Origin: Armatimonadota bacterium
GTDB taxonomy: Bacteria > Sysuimicrobiota > Sysuimicrobiia > Sysuimicrobiales > Humicultoraceae
Length of the DNA: 26,683 nt
Direction: 5' to 3'
Assembly (NCBI GenBank): GCA_052386995.1
Contig: JBQTJP010000043.1
Coordinates: 1-26,683, forward strand
The position numbers and the translations under genes were made by a program. The number at the start of each line of letters is the position of its first letter. The first letter of the stretch is position 1. The notes beneath the pieces are model-generated. The model searched no databases. It was given only the letters and a program-made list of their open reading frames with translations, and was not told the DNA's origin. This document shows positions 8,881-17,385 of the stretch, piece by piece.

Positions 8881-10128
8881 TCAACGGTTCCGTACTCCAC
8901 CAACCAGGCCATGAAACTTTGCCCGTTGTTCTTCCTCCGAGAGCGGATGCGCCGGTGAACCCCTCGGTGCGTCGACCTCGACAACCGCAGACCGGCCGGC
9001 GCCGGAGATCCGAACCCTGGCCGTGGCAAGATCACCCGGCTGGCCCTCCGTCCGGACTTTGGAAGCGAGCCGGCGCACATCCTCCCGGTCGAAGGTCACC
9101 CGGTCAAACCACTCGAGCCCCGGTTCGACGCCCACTAGCGCGACCGCGAGGCAATAGGCGAGGCTGTACTGAGCATCCAGCATCGTCGTGGGGACGGGAT
9201 TCGTGAACGGCTTGCTGTAGATCCACACCGGCCCCGCGCTGGCGATCTCTGTGACGTCCCCCGGTGTGAGCCCAAGCTTACGCATGCACATCCGTGCCGC
9301 GTCGATCACGGCGTGGGCGTGACGGCAGCACGGATAAGGCTTGAGACCGACGCGCTCCAGGGTCCAGCTGTTCCCAAGACCATCCGTCAGGATTTCTGGA
9401 TTCCAGACGTCCGTGCCGATCATCCGTGCAAAGCCCTCGGGACCGTCCAGGACGTCCAGCGGGCCCCGGGCTCCTTCACGCGCGAGCAACGCGGCCGTCA
9501 GGCCGGCCACGGCGGCGATCGCCATGTTGTTCTTGACCCACGTGACGCCGGTCCCTCCATAGACGGTCTTGCGCACCGACGGAATGGGTGCGGTGCTGCA
9601 GGCCAGCGCCAGGGCGTGGGCTGTGGCATCAGGGCCGAGCGAGAAAAGTTTCGCGGCCACGGCCGCGGCGGCGGGCGTCAGGCGCGTGCCGATGCCCCAG
9701 ACCTGAGCCCGTATCGCCTCACTCGGCCGACACGCTTCTAAGAAGCGGCTGCCCACCTCAAGCCCGGCGGCAACCGCAGCCAGGACTTCGGGCCCGGTGC
9801 GTTCGAGGAGGGCTACACAGCCGATGTGCCCCGAGCCCTCGAAGACGTCGTCGAAATCCAAAAGATTGGCGAGGCCTGCGTCGATGTGGACACCGGCGAG
9901 GATCTCCGCGGACGAAAAGACCCGGTACCGTACCGCCCCCTCAGGACGCGCGCTGCCGACGTCACACAGCGCACGTGCCAGAGATCTCCCTTCAGATGTC
10001 TGAAGCGCCCCGATGGTGCAGGCCACGCTGTCCGCCGCCAGGGTCCCACAGTGGGCACGCGCGGACGCCGGGAGAACTCGTTCGGTCAGTTCTGTGATGA
10101 AGCCGGCGAGTGCCGGCAGGCTCTTCAC
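8881..10128 (-). CDS. MmgE/PrpD family protein (possibly 3'-damaged)
   Basis: LANLLDFDD..GH, GARGP..VLDG..GF, LKPYPCCRHAH, DAQYSLAY, RGSPAHPLS...KF. Lies 13 bp downstream of the M55 gene. Confidence 0.85.
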   Translation of the reverse strand: MKSLPALAGFITELTERVLPASARAHCGTLAADSVACTIGALQTSEGRSLARALCDVGSARPEGAVRYRVFSSAEILAGVHIDAGLANLLDFDDVFEGSGHIGCVALLERTGPEVLAAVAAGLEVGSRFLEACRPSEAIRAQVWGIGTRLTPAAAAVAAKLFSLGPDATAHALALACSTAPIPSVRKTVYGGTGVTWVKNNMAIAAVAGLTAALLAREGARGPLDVLDGPEGFARMIGTDVWNPEILTDGLGNSWTLERVGLKPYPCCRHAHAVIDAARMCMRKLGLTPGDVTEIASAGPVWIYSKPFTNPVPTTMLDAQYSLAYCLAVALVGVEPGLEWFDRVTFDREDVRRLASKVRTEGQPGDLATARVRISGAGRSAVVEVDAPRGSPAHPLSEEEQRAKFHGLVGGVRNR

Positions 10129-10141
10129 GTGATGATCCCTG

Positions 10142-11008
10142 CTATGATCCCGCCGGGTTGAGCGTTCCCAGCTTCATCGGCGCCGACACCGCGTGTCCGC
10201 CCAAATGAATCGCCGTCATGAGGACCGGGTACAGCGCGACCGCGTCGGGGGCCGTGATGCGAACCGTCACGTCGTTTGCACGCTCGACCCCCGGCATATG
10301 CGCGGCGGCATCCGCCATGCTCGTGTGTTTGAATGTCAGGTCGGCCTTCACCGGCTTGTCGACGACGAAGGGCTTCATCTCACGCAGGCGGCCGAGGGCC
10401 CTCCTCAGCCCATCCTCAATGGCCGCTCGGGCGCGCGAGGGATGCTGGGCCTTGCTGGCGTGGCGGCCGATGGCTTCCTTCACCACCACGCGTTCGGTCC
10501 AGGGGAGGATCTCAGCGACCTCGGTCGCGAGCCTGTTGTCGCCGGACACGAGGACGACGGGAACGCCCATGTGTCCGGCCACGGCCGCGTTGAGACCCAC
10601 CTCGCCGACCGGCCGGCCGTTGAGCTTCAGCTCGAAGACCTCGCGGCCGCTGATCGTGTGGTCGAGCACGCCGGAGAAGCCGTGACGCGTGTGATACCCT
10701 ACGAGCGCCAGCGCAGCGAAGGACGTGTCGAGACCCTCGACCTGCATCATCGGCCGGCTGTCCCCACTGATCAGCCAGCAGTCCGGCGGCAGATCCTCGA
10801 CGATGATGTTGCGGCTGCCGTTCGAGCCGTGCGAGTCGGACACCCAGACCTCGGTGGCACCTCCGGCCAGCGCGCCGCGCACGGCCGCAGCGGCCTCCTG
10901 AGTCATCAGGCGGCGCCCTCTCTCGTAGTCGATGCCGGGGAGGGAGCCCTGTGCCCGATCGACGATGCCGGCGACGCCTTCAATGTCGACTGAGATGTAG
11001 ACTTTCAT
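10142..11008 (-). CDS. dppA: M55 family metallopeptidase (D-aminopeptidase DppA-like), copy 2
   Basis: MKVYISVDIEGVAG, DSHG, GYH, LDHT, VGEVGLNA, VSGD, VVKEAIGR. Confidence 0.92.
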   Translation of the reverse strand: MKVYISVDIEGVAGIVDRAQGSLPGIDYERGRRLMTQEAAAAVRGALAGGATEVWVSDSHGSNGSRNIIVEDLPPDCWLISGDSRPMMQVEGLDTSFAALALVGYHTRHGFSGVLDHTISGREVFELKLNGRPVGEVGLNAAVAGHMGVPVVLVSGDNRLATEVAEILPWTERVVVKEAIGRHASKAQHPSRARAAIEDGLRRALGRLREMKPFVVDKPVKADLTFKHTSMADAAAHMPGVERANDVTVRITAPDAVALYPVLMTAIHLGGHAVSAPMKLGTLNPAGS

Positions 11009-11021
11009 GACAATCCTCCCG

Positions 11022-11858
11022 TTATCGCATCGCGTCGGCCTGCGCCGTCGCGCCGAGCTTGATGCAGGTGCGGATCAGGGACACGGCCCCGGCCGCATCG
11101 GGCGTCTGCGCCCGGACCGTACAACCGTCGACGCGCTCGACCCCCGGTATGCGGTCGGCTTCGTCGGCGTGCGCCGTGCGCTTGAATTGGAGCTCGACGG
11201 TGACCGGCTCGGGGACGCGCAGAGGCTTCATCGCCGCGAGCGTGCGGAGGGCTTCGGTGGTCTTCTGCTCGATGAGGGCCTGTGCCCGTACGGGATGCAT
11301 CAGGCGCGCCGCATGCCGGCCTATCGCGTACTTCACCACCACAGGAATCGCCCAAGGGAACCACTCCTGCGTCTCGGCCACCAGGCGGTCGTCGCCGCTC
11401 ACCAGGACCACCGGCACCCCAAGTTGTCCGGCGGCCAGGCCGTACAATCCGATTTCGCCGATGGGCCGGCCGTGCACCCGGATCTCCTGGATGTCCCTGG
11501 CGGTGATCGTATGGTCCAACACGCCGGAGAGCCCGTGGCGCGTGTGGAAGCCGATGAGTAGAGCCGCGCTGAAACCCTCGTCGAGACCCTGCGCCGTCGA
11601 TCGGCGGGTGTCGCCGCTGATCAGCCACGCGGCCGGGTGCAGGTCCTCATCGATGATGTTGCGCATGCCGTTCCCGCCGTGGCCGCCTGACACGACGATC
11701 TCCGTTGCCCCGGAGGCCAGGGCCCCACGGATGGCCGCGTTGGTATCCTCGGTGAGGAGCTTCCGCCCGCGCCCGAGGTCGACGCCGGGAGGCGAGATCT
11801 GCGACCGGTCGACGATCCCTGAAATGCCCTCCATGTCCGTGGCAATGTAGACTTTCAT
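11022..11858 (-). CDS. dppA: M55 family metallopeptidase (D-aminopeptidase DppA-like), copy 1
   Basis: MKVYIATDMEGISG, GGHG, GFH, LDHT, IGEIG, VSGD. ATGA overlap with the upstream permease. Confidence 0.9.
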   Translation of the reverse strand: MKVYIATDMEGISGIVDRSQISPPGVDLGRGRKLLTEDTNAAIRGALASGATEIVVSGGHGGNGMRNIIDEDLHPAAWLISGDTRRSTAQGLDEGFSAALLIGFHTRHGLSGVLDHTITARDIQEIRVHGRPIGEIGLYGLAAGQLGVPVVLVSGDDRLVAETQEWFPWAIPVVVKYAIGRHAARLMHPVRAQALIEQKTTEALRTLAAMKPLRVPEPVTVELQFKRTAHADEADRIPGVERVDGCTVRAQTPDAAGAVSLIRTCIKLGATAQADAMR

Positions 11859-12733
11859 CGTGTCCCCCTCAATCGCGGATCGAGCGCGTCACGCAGGCCG
11901 TCCCCGAGCAGGTTGATCCCGATCACCGTCACGGTGATCGCCAGCCCCGGGAACGTGCCGACCCACCAAGCGTTGCGGATGAAGTCCTTGCCGTCGGAGA
12001 GCATCAGCCCCCACTCCGGCGTGGGCGGTTTCGCACCCATCCCCAGATACGAAAGTGCCGTGCCTGACAGGATGGCGGTCGCCACGTCCAGCGTCGCCAG
12101 CACAATGAACGGCGCCATGATATTCGGGAGGATGTGGCGGGCGACGATCTGGAAGTCCGTGACCCCGATGGCGCGCGCGGCCGCGATGTAGTCGCGCTCC
12201 TTAGTATCCAGCACCGACGCCCGGACCACCCGCGAAAACGTGGGAATCGCCCCGACCCCGACCGCGATCATCAAGTTGTACAGGCTCGGTCCCAGCACGA
12301 CAACGACCGCGATGGCGAGCAGAATACCCGGGAAGGCCAGCATGATGTCGATGAACCGCATGACCGCTTCATCGGTCCACCCGCTGAGGTAGCCGGCGAG
12401 GCAGCCCAGCAGCAATCCGGCGCTCCCGCCGATGGCCACGGCGATCAGGCCGATCTGCAACGAGATCCGTCCACCGAACGCCACGCGGCTGAAGACATCC
12501 CGCCCGAACTGGTCTGTACCGAAAGGATGCTTCGCCGAGGGCGGTGAGAAGGGATCACCCACCCCTTGCTCGTCGGGCGCGAATCGGACGATGACCGGCG
12601 CGAACAACGCAGAGAACACCATCAGCAGCAGCAGCGCCGAGCCTGCCATCGCCAGCGGCTTGCGCAGGAGCCGGCGAACCGCTTCCCGCCGGTGGCTGTG
12701 GAGGGTGAGCGCCTGCCGGGGGAACGGGGCCAC
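11855..12733 (-). CDS. Opp/Dpp-type ABC permease (DppC-like)
   Basis: HPFGTDQFGRDVFSRV, DYIAAARAIG, PPTPEWG, LRDALDPR. Start uncertain. Confidence 0.92.
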   Translation of the reverse strand: MAPFPRQALTLHSHRREAVRRLLRKPLAMAGSALLLLMVFSALFAPVIVRFAPDEQGVGDPFSPPSAKHPFGTDQFGRDVFSRVAFGGRISLQIGLIAVAIGGSAGLLLGCLAGYLSGWTDEAVMRFIDIMLAFPGILLAIAVVVVLGPSLYNLMIAVGVGAIPTFSRVVRASVLDTKERDYIAAARAIGVTDFQIVARHILPNIMAPFIVLATLDVATAILSGTALSYLGMGAKPPTPEWGLMLSDGKDFIRNAWWVGTFPGLAITVTVIGINLLGDGLRDALDPRLRGTR

Positions 12734-12751
12734 CGTGGGGGTCGCCAGCGC

Positions 12752-13708
12752 TTAGCTCCCTAGCCGGATTTGTGGATTTAGAAGTGCGTACGAGAGGTCT
12801 ACCAGCAGGTTCACGCAGACGTAGGTGATTGCCAGCACGAGCACCGTGCCCTGGATGAGCGGGAAGTCCTTGAACAGGATCGCCCGCACCGCCATACTGC
12901 CGATTCCAGGTCGGCCGAAGACGCTCTCGATGATGACGGCGCCCGACAGCAGGTTGCCGAACTGCAGGCCCACGACGGTGACGACGGGGATCAGCGCGTT
13001 CCTCAGCGCGTGCTTGAATACGACGGCGTTGCCGGGCAATCCCTTCGACCGGGCCGTGCGGACGTAATCGAGGTTGAGAATCTCGACGAGCGAGGCGCGC
13101 GTCAGCCGCGCGATCACCGCGGCGGCCCGCAGGCCCAAGGCGACCGCGGGGAGGATCAGTCCCTGCCAGCCGACCGGGGAGAGCACCGGCAGCAGCCCGA
13201 GCTTGAACGAGATCAGGAGAATGAGCATGATGCCGAGCCAGAACGACGGCAGCGACAGGCCCGTGACCGAGAACGCCATCACGCCCGCATCGACCCAGGT
13301 GTCCTGGTGCAGGGCGGCAATGACGCCAAGCACGATACCGATCAGCACCGCAAGTCCGAGCCCCGCGACCGCGAGCTGCACCGTGGCCGGCGTGTTGGCG
13401 GTGATCATGTCCCACACGGTCCGGCGGGTCTGAAACGACCTGCCCAGGTCGCCCCGCGCGGCCCGGTAGAGGAAGGCGCCGTACTGCACCAGCAGCGGCC
13501 GGTCGAGCCCCATCTCGTGCCGCATAGCATTGTACCGATCCTGGGTCACCTGACCCGGCTGGATCGGGGCCTGGCCGGCCGACAGTTCGGTGATCATCAT
13601 CATGACCGGGTCAACCGGCATGAGATGGAGCATTACAAAGACGGCAAACGTCACCCCAAGGATGACCGGAACGAGCGTCAACAGCCGGCGGCGGATGTAG
13701 GTGCGCAA
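12752..13708 (-). CDS. Opp/Dpp-type ABC permease (DppB-like)
   Basis: GLDRPLLVQY, GDLGRSF, DYVRTARSKGL, HALRNALIP, ESVFGRPGIG. TTG start. Confidence 0.92.
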   Translation of the reverse strand: MRTYIRRRLLTLVPVILGVTFAVFVMLHLMPVDPVMMMITELSAGQAPIQPGQVTQDRYNAMRHEMGLDRPLLVQYGAFLYRAARGDLGRSFQTRRTVWDMITANTPATVQLAVAGLGLAVLIGIVLGVIAALHQDTWVDAGVMAFSVTGLSLPSFWLGIMLILLISFKLGLLPVLSPVGWQGLILPAVALGLRAAAVIARLTRASLVEILNLDYVRTARSKGLPGNAVVFKHALRNALIPVVTVVGLQFGNLLSGAVIIESVFGRPGIGSMAVRAILFKDFPLIQGTVLVLAITYVCVNLLVDLSYALLNPQIRLGS

Positions 13709-13722
13709 GGACGCTACGGACG

Positions 13723-13768
13723 GGCGGGGGGCAGCGGCACCTCAACGACTCCGGCCCGCTGCCCCGCC
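13723..13768 (-). other. Intercistronic stem-loop between SBP and permease
   Basis: GGGGCAGCGG (13728-13737) and CCGCTGCCCC (13756-13765) form a perfect 10-bp inverted repeat, extendable with a bulge. No U-tract. Confidence 0.65.
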
Positions 13769-13771
13769 GGC

Positions 13772-15409
13772 TCAGTTGCCAATTCGACGGCAGTCGCCCT
13801 CAAGCCAGACCTGGTGCAGTTCGTACAGGCCGAGGATGTCCCAGTTCCAGCCCTTCACGCAGGAGAGTCCGGCGAAGAAGTAGTGATCCTCAAATACATA
13901 GAGCGCGTTGGCCATATCGAGCAGCATCTTCTGCACCTGCCAGTAGACCCTCTTCCGCTGCTCGGGATCGCTCAGTTCACGGCCCTTGTCCAGCAGGTCG
14001 TCCAGTGCCTTGTTGTTCAGCCGGCCCCTGTTCCACTGCGTTCCGCCGGTGATCTGCGAAGAGTGGAAGGCGCCCCACAGACCGTCCGGGTCGAAGGTCG
14101 AGAGCCCCAGGCGGCCCAGCTCATAGTCGTTGTTGGCGTACCGCTCGACCGTCGCGTCGTACACCATCGCCTCGACGACGAAGTCGATGCCAACTTCCTT
14201 CATCATCTGTTGGGCGAGCGTGGCGGCGCGGACCTGCTCCCAGGTGGAAGTCGTCACCAGGCGCATTCGAACCGGCCTGCCGTCCTTCTCGTAGAACCTC
14301 GTGTTGGGATTGCGCTTGTAGCCCGCGGCCTCGAGGATCTCCGTGGAGCGCGCGGTATCGTGGGGATAGTACTTCTTTGCCTCGGACCAGAAGGCCCAGT
14401 TGATGTCCACGAGCGGGCCTTTCGCGGCCGTCGCGGTGTTGAAGAACGCGATCCGGGCGATCTTCTCCCGGTCGAGCGCGTAGCTGGCCGCCCGCCGCAC
14501 GGCCACGTCGCTTGTGGGCCACCGCGTCACGTTGAACGGCCAGTGCTGCGGCACGCCCGAGGTCTTGTGCATCATCAACTGATACCTGGGGTCTGTTCTG
14601 AAGGTCGGCGCCATGTGGCGGGCTGGATCTTCAGCCACGTGTGCTTCACGCTTTTCTAATGCCAGGGTCTTCGTCTGCTCCTCGTTGATGAACTTGTAGA
14701 CGACCCGGTCCAGGAAGGCGGGGCCGCGATGCCGCATGTGCGGGGGACCCCACCGGTAGTCCGGGTTGCGGACCAGGACCAGCGTGTTCTCGTCCGGCCA
14801 GCCTTCGACCTTGAACGGGCCGGTCGCCACGGGCGTCTTGAGGAAGTTCTCGCCCAGGCGCTGGACGGCCGCGGGCGAGACCGGCGCGAGTCCGACGCTG
14901 GAGACCGACTGAACGAACTGGGGATACGGATCAGAGAAGTGCACCCGAACCGTATAGGTGTCGAGAACCTCTGTCCTCACGTAGTCGCCTAGGAACGGGG
15001 CACGGGTAGAGCGCGTCTTCGGATCGCGGATCCGGTCCCAGGTGAACTTGACCGCCTCGGCGTTGAGCGGCGTGCCGTCGTGGAAACGGACATCGCGCCG
15101 GAGGTAAAACGTGTAGCTCTTGAAGTCAGGCGCGACCTCCCACCGCTCGGCCAGCCCGGGTACGAACTTGTTGGCCTCGGTCTGCCAGATCAGGGAATCG
15201 TGCGTGTTTTGATTGATCATGGCCGTGTAGCGAGAAGTATGCACGCCGGGGTCGAGGTGAGCCGGCTTCTGGTGGGTGACGATGACGAGCGTGCCGCCGG
15301 GTTGAGGCGCAGGGGCAGGCGCCGGAGCGGGCGCCGCCCGAGGGGCAACGAATAGCACGAGCGCTGGGAGCAAACCGATCGCTAGCAGGTAGCGGGGAAT
15401 GCGGTTCAC
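13772..15409 (-). CDS. ABC transporter substrate-binding protein, family 5
   Basis: Signal peptide plus Pro/Ala linker; LRRDVRFHDGTPLNAEAVK, PVATGPFK, VRRAASYALDR. Confidence 0.93.
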   Translation of the reverse strand: MNRIPRYLLAIGLLPALVLFVAPRAAPAPAPAPAPQPGGTLVIVTHQKPAHLDPGVHTSRYTAMINQNTHDSLIWQTEANKFVPGLAERWEVAPDFKSYTFYLRRDVRFHDGTPLNAEAVKFTWDRIRDPKTRSTRAPFLGDYVRTEVLDTYTVRVHFSDPYPQFVQSVSSVGLAPVSPAAVQRLGENFLKTPVATGPFKVEGWPDENTLVLVRNPDYRWGPPHMRHRGPAFLDRVVYKFINEEQTKTLALEKREAHVAEDPARHMAPTFRTDPRYQLMMHKTSGVPQHWPFNVTRWPTSDVAVRRAASYALDREKIARIAFFNTATAAKGPLVDINWAFWSEAKKYYPHDTARSTEILEAAGYKRNPNTRFYEKDGRPVRMRLVTTSTWEQVRAATLAQQMMKEVGIDFVVEAMVYDATVERYANNDYELGRLGLSTFDPDGLWGAFHSSQITGGTQWNRGRLNNKALDDLLDKGRELSDPEQRKRVYWQVQKMLLDMANALYVFEDHYFFAGLSCVKGWNWDILGLYELHQVWLEGDCRRIGN

Positions 15410-15567
15410 TCTCGTTTACCCCCTTTATGAAATTGGCTTCCTTCTGAGTTGCCCGTCGCGTTCTATGGGGGCGGCCGTTTTTCCTGCGCTTCACGCAGCG
15501 TGCGTGGAGGAGTTCCCCTTTTCCACACTAAGTCCTGAGCGAGACCAGATCGACACGAGGAGGGACT

Positions 15568-15921
15568 ATGAGCATCAAGCGCATCAATCCCGGCCCGAGG
15601 TTCTGTGGAGCCGTTGTCCATGGCAACACTGTGTACGTGGCAGGTCAAACGGCCTCCGATCCAACGGCAGGTGTGCGGGTCCAGACCGAGCAAGTGTTGA
15701 AGCGAATTGACGACTTGCTCACCGCCGCCGGGACGGACAAGTCGAAGCTCCTGTCGGCCACGGTGTATTTGTCCGACATCCGGTACTTTGACGACATGAA
15801 CGCGGTCTGGGAGGCGTGGGTCGACAAGAACAACCTCCCAACGCGCGCAACCGTCGAGGCGAAGCTTGCCTCTCCAAGGCTCCTGGTCGAAATCGTCGTG
15901 ACGGCCGCCCACACCACTTAG
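15568..15921 (+). CDS. RidA family protein (Rid2/YoaB-like)
   Basis: VYVAGQ, AGTDKSKLLSATVYLSD, MNAVWEAW, PTRATVEAKLA; SD GGAGG. Confidence 0.92.
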   Translation: MSIKRINPGPRFCGAVVHGNTVYVAGQTASDPTAGVRVQTEQVLKRIDDLLTAAGTDKSKLLSATVYLSDIRYFDDMNAVWEAWVDKNNLPTRATVEAKLASPRLLVEIVVTAAHTT

Positions 15922-15931
15922 TGCCCCAGCG

Positions 15932-16894
15932 ATGGCCCGCATCGTTGTCCCTGATGACAGCCCTCCAGTTCTAACAGGCACAGCCGCGATCGAGCGGATC
16001 CGGTCTGCGGGCGACACGGTTGTGTTCAACACCCCGCCTGCCTCGGAAGATGACTTGATGCGGAGGATAGAAGGGGCGCACACGGTTGTGAACATCCGAG
16101 GCTACTGCAAGTTTCCGTTGCGCGTACTGGAGGCGGTTGGCGATACTGTTCGGCACCTGGCGGTGTGGGGTACCGGCACTGATCATGTCGACCTCGCGGT
16201 GGCTCGTCGGCTTGGGATTGCCGTATCGAACACACCGGGTACCGCCACCGATGCGCTCGCCGAACACACGCTTGCGCTTCTGCTCGCCGTCGCCAGGCGT
16301 GTCGTGTCTCTGGATGCCAGTGTCAGGGAAGGCAGGTGGGAGCGCGGTACGCTGTTCCAATGCTGCGGCAAGACTCTAGGTATCATCGGCACCGGTGCCA
16401 TCGGCTCTCGTTTTGCCGAGCTCGGTCGGGCCATCGGGATGCGCGTCATTGCCTGGACGCTTCATCCAGACGCCGAGAAGGCCCGCCGGATAGGGTTCGC
16501 GTACGTCTCCACGCTTGACGACCTTCTCGAGCAGGCCAACGTGGTCTCGCTGCACCTCAGATCCAGTCCCGCCACTCGCGGCATCATTGCGTCAGGGCAG
16601 TTTGCCCGCATGAAAACAGGAGCGATTTTCTTGAACACCGCCCGAGGCGATCTTGTCGACGAGGATGCGTTGATCGTGGCTCTACGTTTGGGCAAGTTAC
16701 TCGGCGCAGGTCTCGACGTCTTCAGCAGTGAGCCGGTCCAGGCTGACAACCCGCTCAAGAGCCTCCCCAACGTGGTGCTTACGCCCCACACGGGTGGGAC
16801 TACGCTAGAGGCGTTGGAACGTGGACTGAACCTGTGCGCGGACAACGTGGTGGGTTATCTGAGGCGAGGCGAAGTCTCACACCGAGTCGTCTAG
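15932..16894 (+). CDS. D-isomer-specific 2-hydroxyacid dehydrogenase (SerA catalytic-domain-like, no ACT domain)
   Basis: GIIGTGAIG Rossmann motif; NTARG, DVFSSEP and TPH supply the Arg-Glu-His triad. Confidence 0.92.
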   Translation: MARIVVPDDSPPVLTGTAAIERIRSAGDTVVFNTPPASEDDLMRRIEGAHTVVNIRGYCKFPLRVLEAVGDTVRHLAVWGTGTDHVDLAVARRLGIAVSNTPGTATDALAEHTLALLLAVARRVVSLDASVREGRWERGTLFQCCGKTLGIIGTGAIGSRFAELGRAIGMRVIAWTLHPDAEKARRIGFAYVSTLDDLLEQANVVSLHLRSSPATRGIIASGQFARMKTGAIFLNTARGDLVDEDALIVALRLGKLLGAGLDVFSSEPVQADNPLKSLPNVVLTPHTGGTTLEALERGLNLCADNVVGYLRRGEVSHRVV

Positions 16895-16994
16895 CGACCG
16901 CATAGAACGGCCTAACATGTCCTGCGTCTCCATCCGACCGACCAGGTTGACTGCGCCCGAGTTTTCAGGACGCATGCCATTTTATGGATTTGTC

Positions 16995-17023
16995 TTGCGA
17001 TTCTGGAAAATGCCTTATAAGAT
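16995..17023 (+). promoter_or_regulatory. Sigma70-type promoter of the abrB-like gene
   Basis: TTGCGA (16995-17000) - 17 bp - TAAGAT (17018-17023), overlapping palindrome CTTATAAG, in an AT-rich patch. Confidence 0.55.
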
Positions 17024-17046
17024 CCGGCGGGAGAGGGGTGAGGGAA

Positions 17047-17210
17047 ATGATGACGACCGTCACGGCGAGAGGCCAAACCGTGATTCCCGCCAAGGTGCGG
17101 CGAGCCCATCGGATTACCCGGCAGACACGGCTCGAATGGGTGGATGACGGGGAAACCATTCGGGTGGTCCCGCTGCCTGAGGATCCGAGCTAGGCCTTGA
17201 GGGGGCAGGT
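17047..17210 (+). pseudogene. AbrB/MazE/SpoVT-family antitoxin with premature stop; no cognate toxin follows
   Basis: MMTTVTARGQTVIPAKVRR...LEWVDDGETIRVVPLPEDPS* followed in frame by ALRG, matching the usual P.DP..ALRG continuation. Confidence 0.7.
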
Positions 17211-17385
17211 ACCGAGTCGCACGATCTCAATGAGCTTCAGCATACGCGAAAGTTGGCCTTCGGGAGGGCTGGATTCCGGAAATCCGGCTTTACAAGTACG
17301 GCGCGCACACGGCGGCGGAAATCGAAGGAACTTAGCGGCCCACTGCAAAATACCCCACTCCAGCCCAAGGAATGTGGGAGATCAG

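Noticed and set aside
13010..14659. 549-aa plus-strand ORF (likewise 18694-20283, 1553-2605, 21256-22218, 24310-25209)
   Set aside because: Antisense shadows of real genes, expected with high-GC codon bias.
15300..15345. Pro-Ala repeat in the SBP N-terminus as a DNA repeat element
   Set aside because: Codons vary; ordinary low-complexity linker after the signal peptide.
17197..17385. N-terminal extension of the 697-aa ORF
   Set aside because: Begins inside the antitoxin remnant and looks non-coding; a better SD and start exist at 17386 or 17401.
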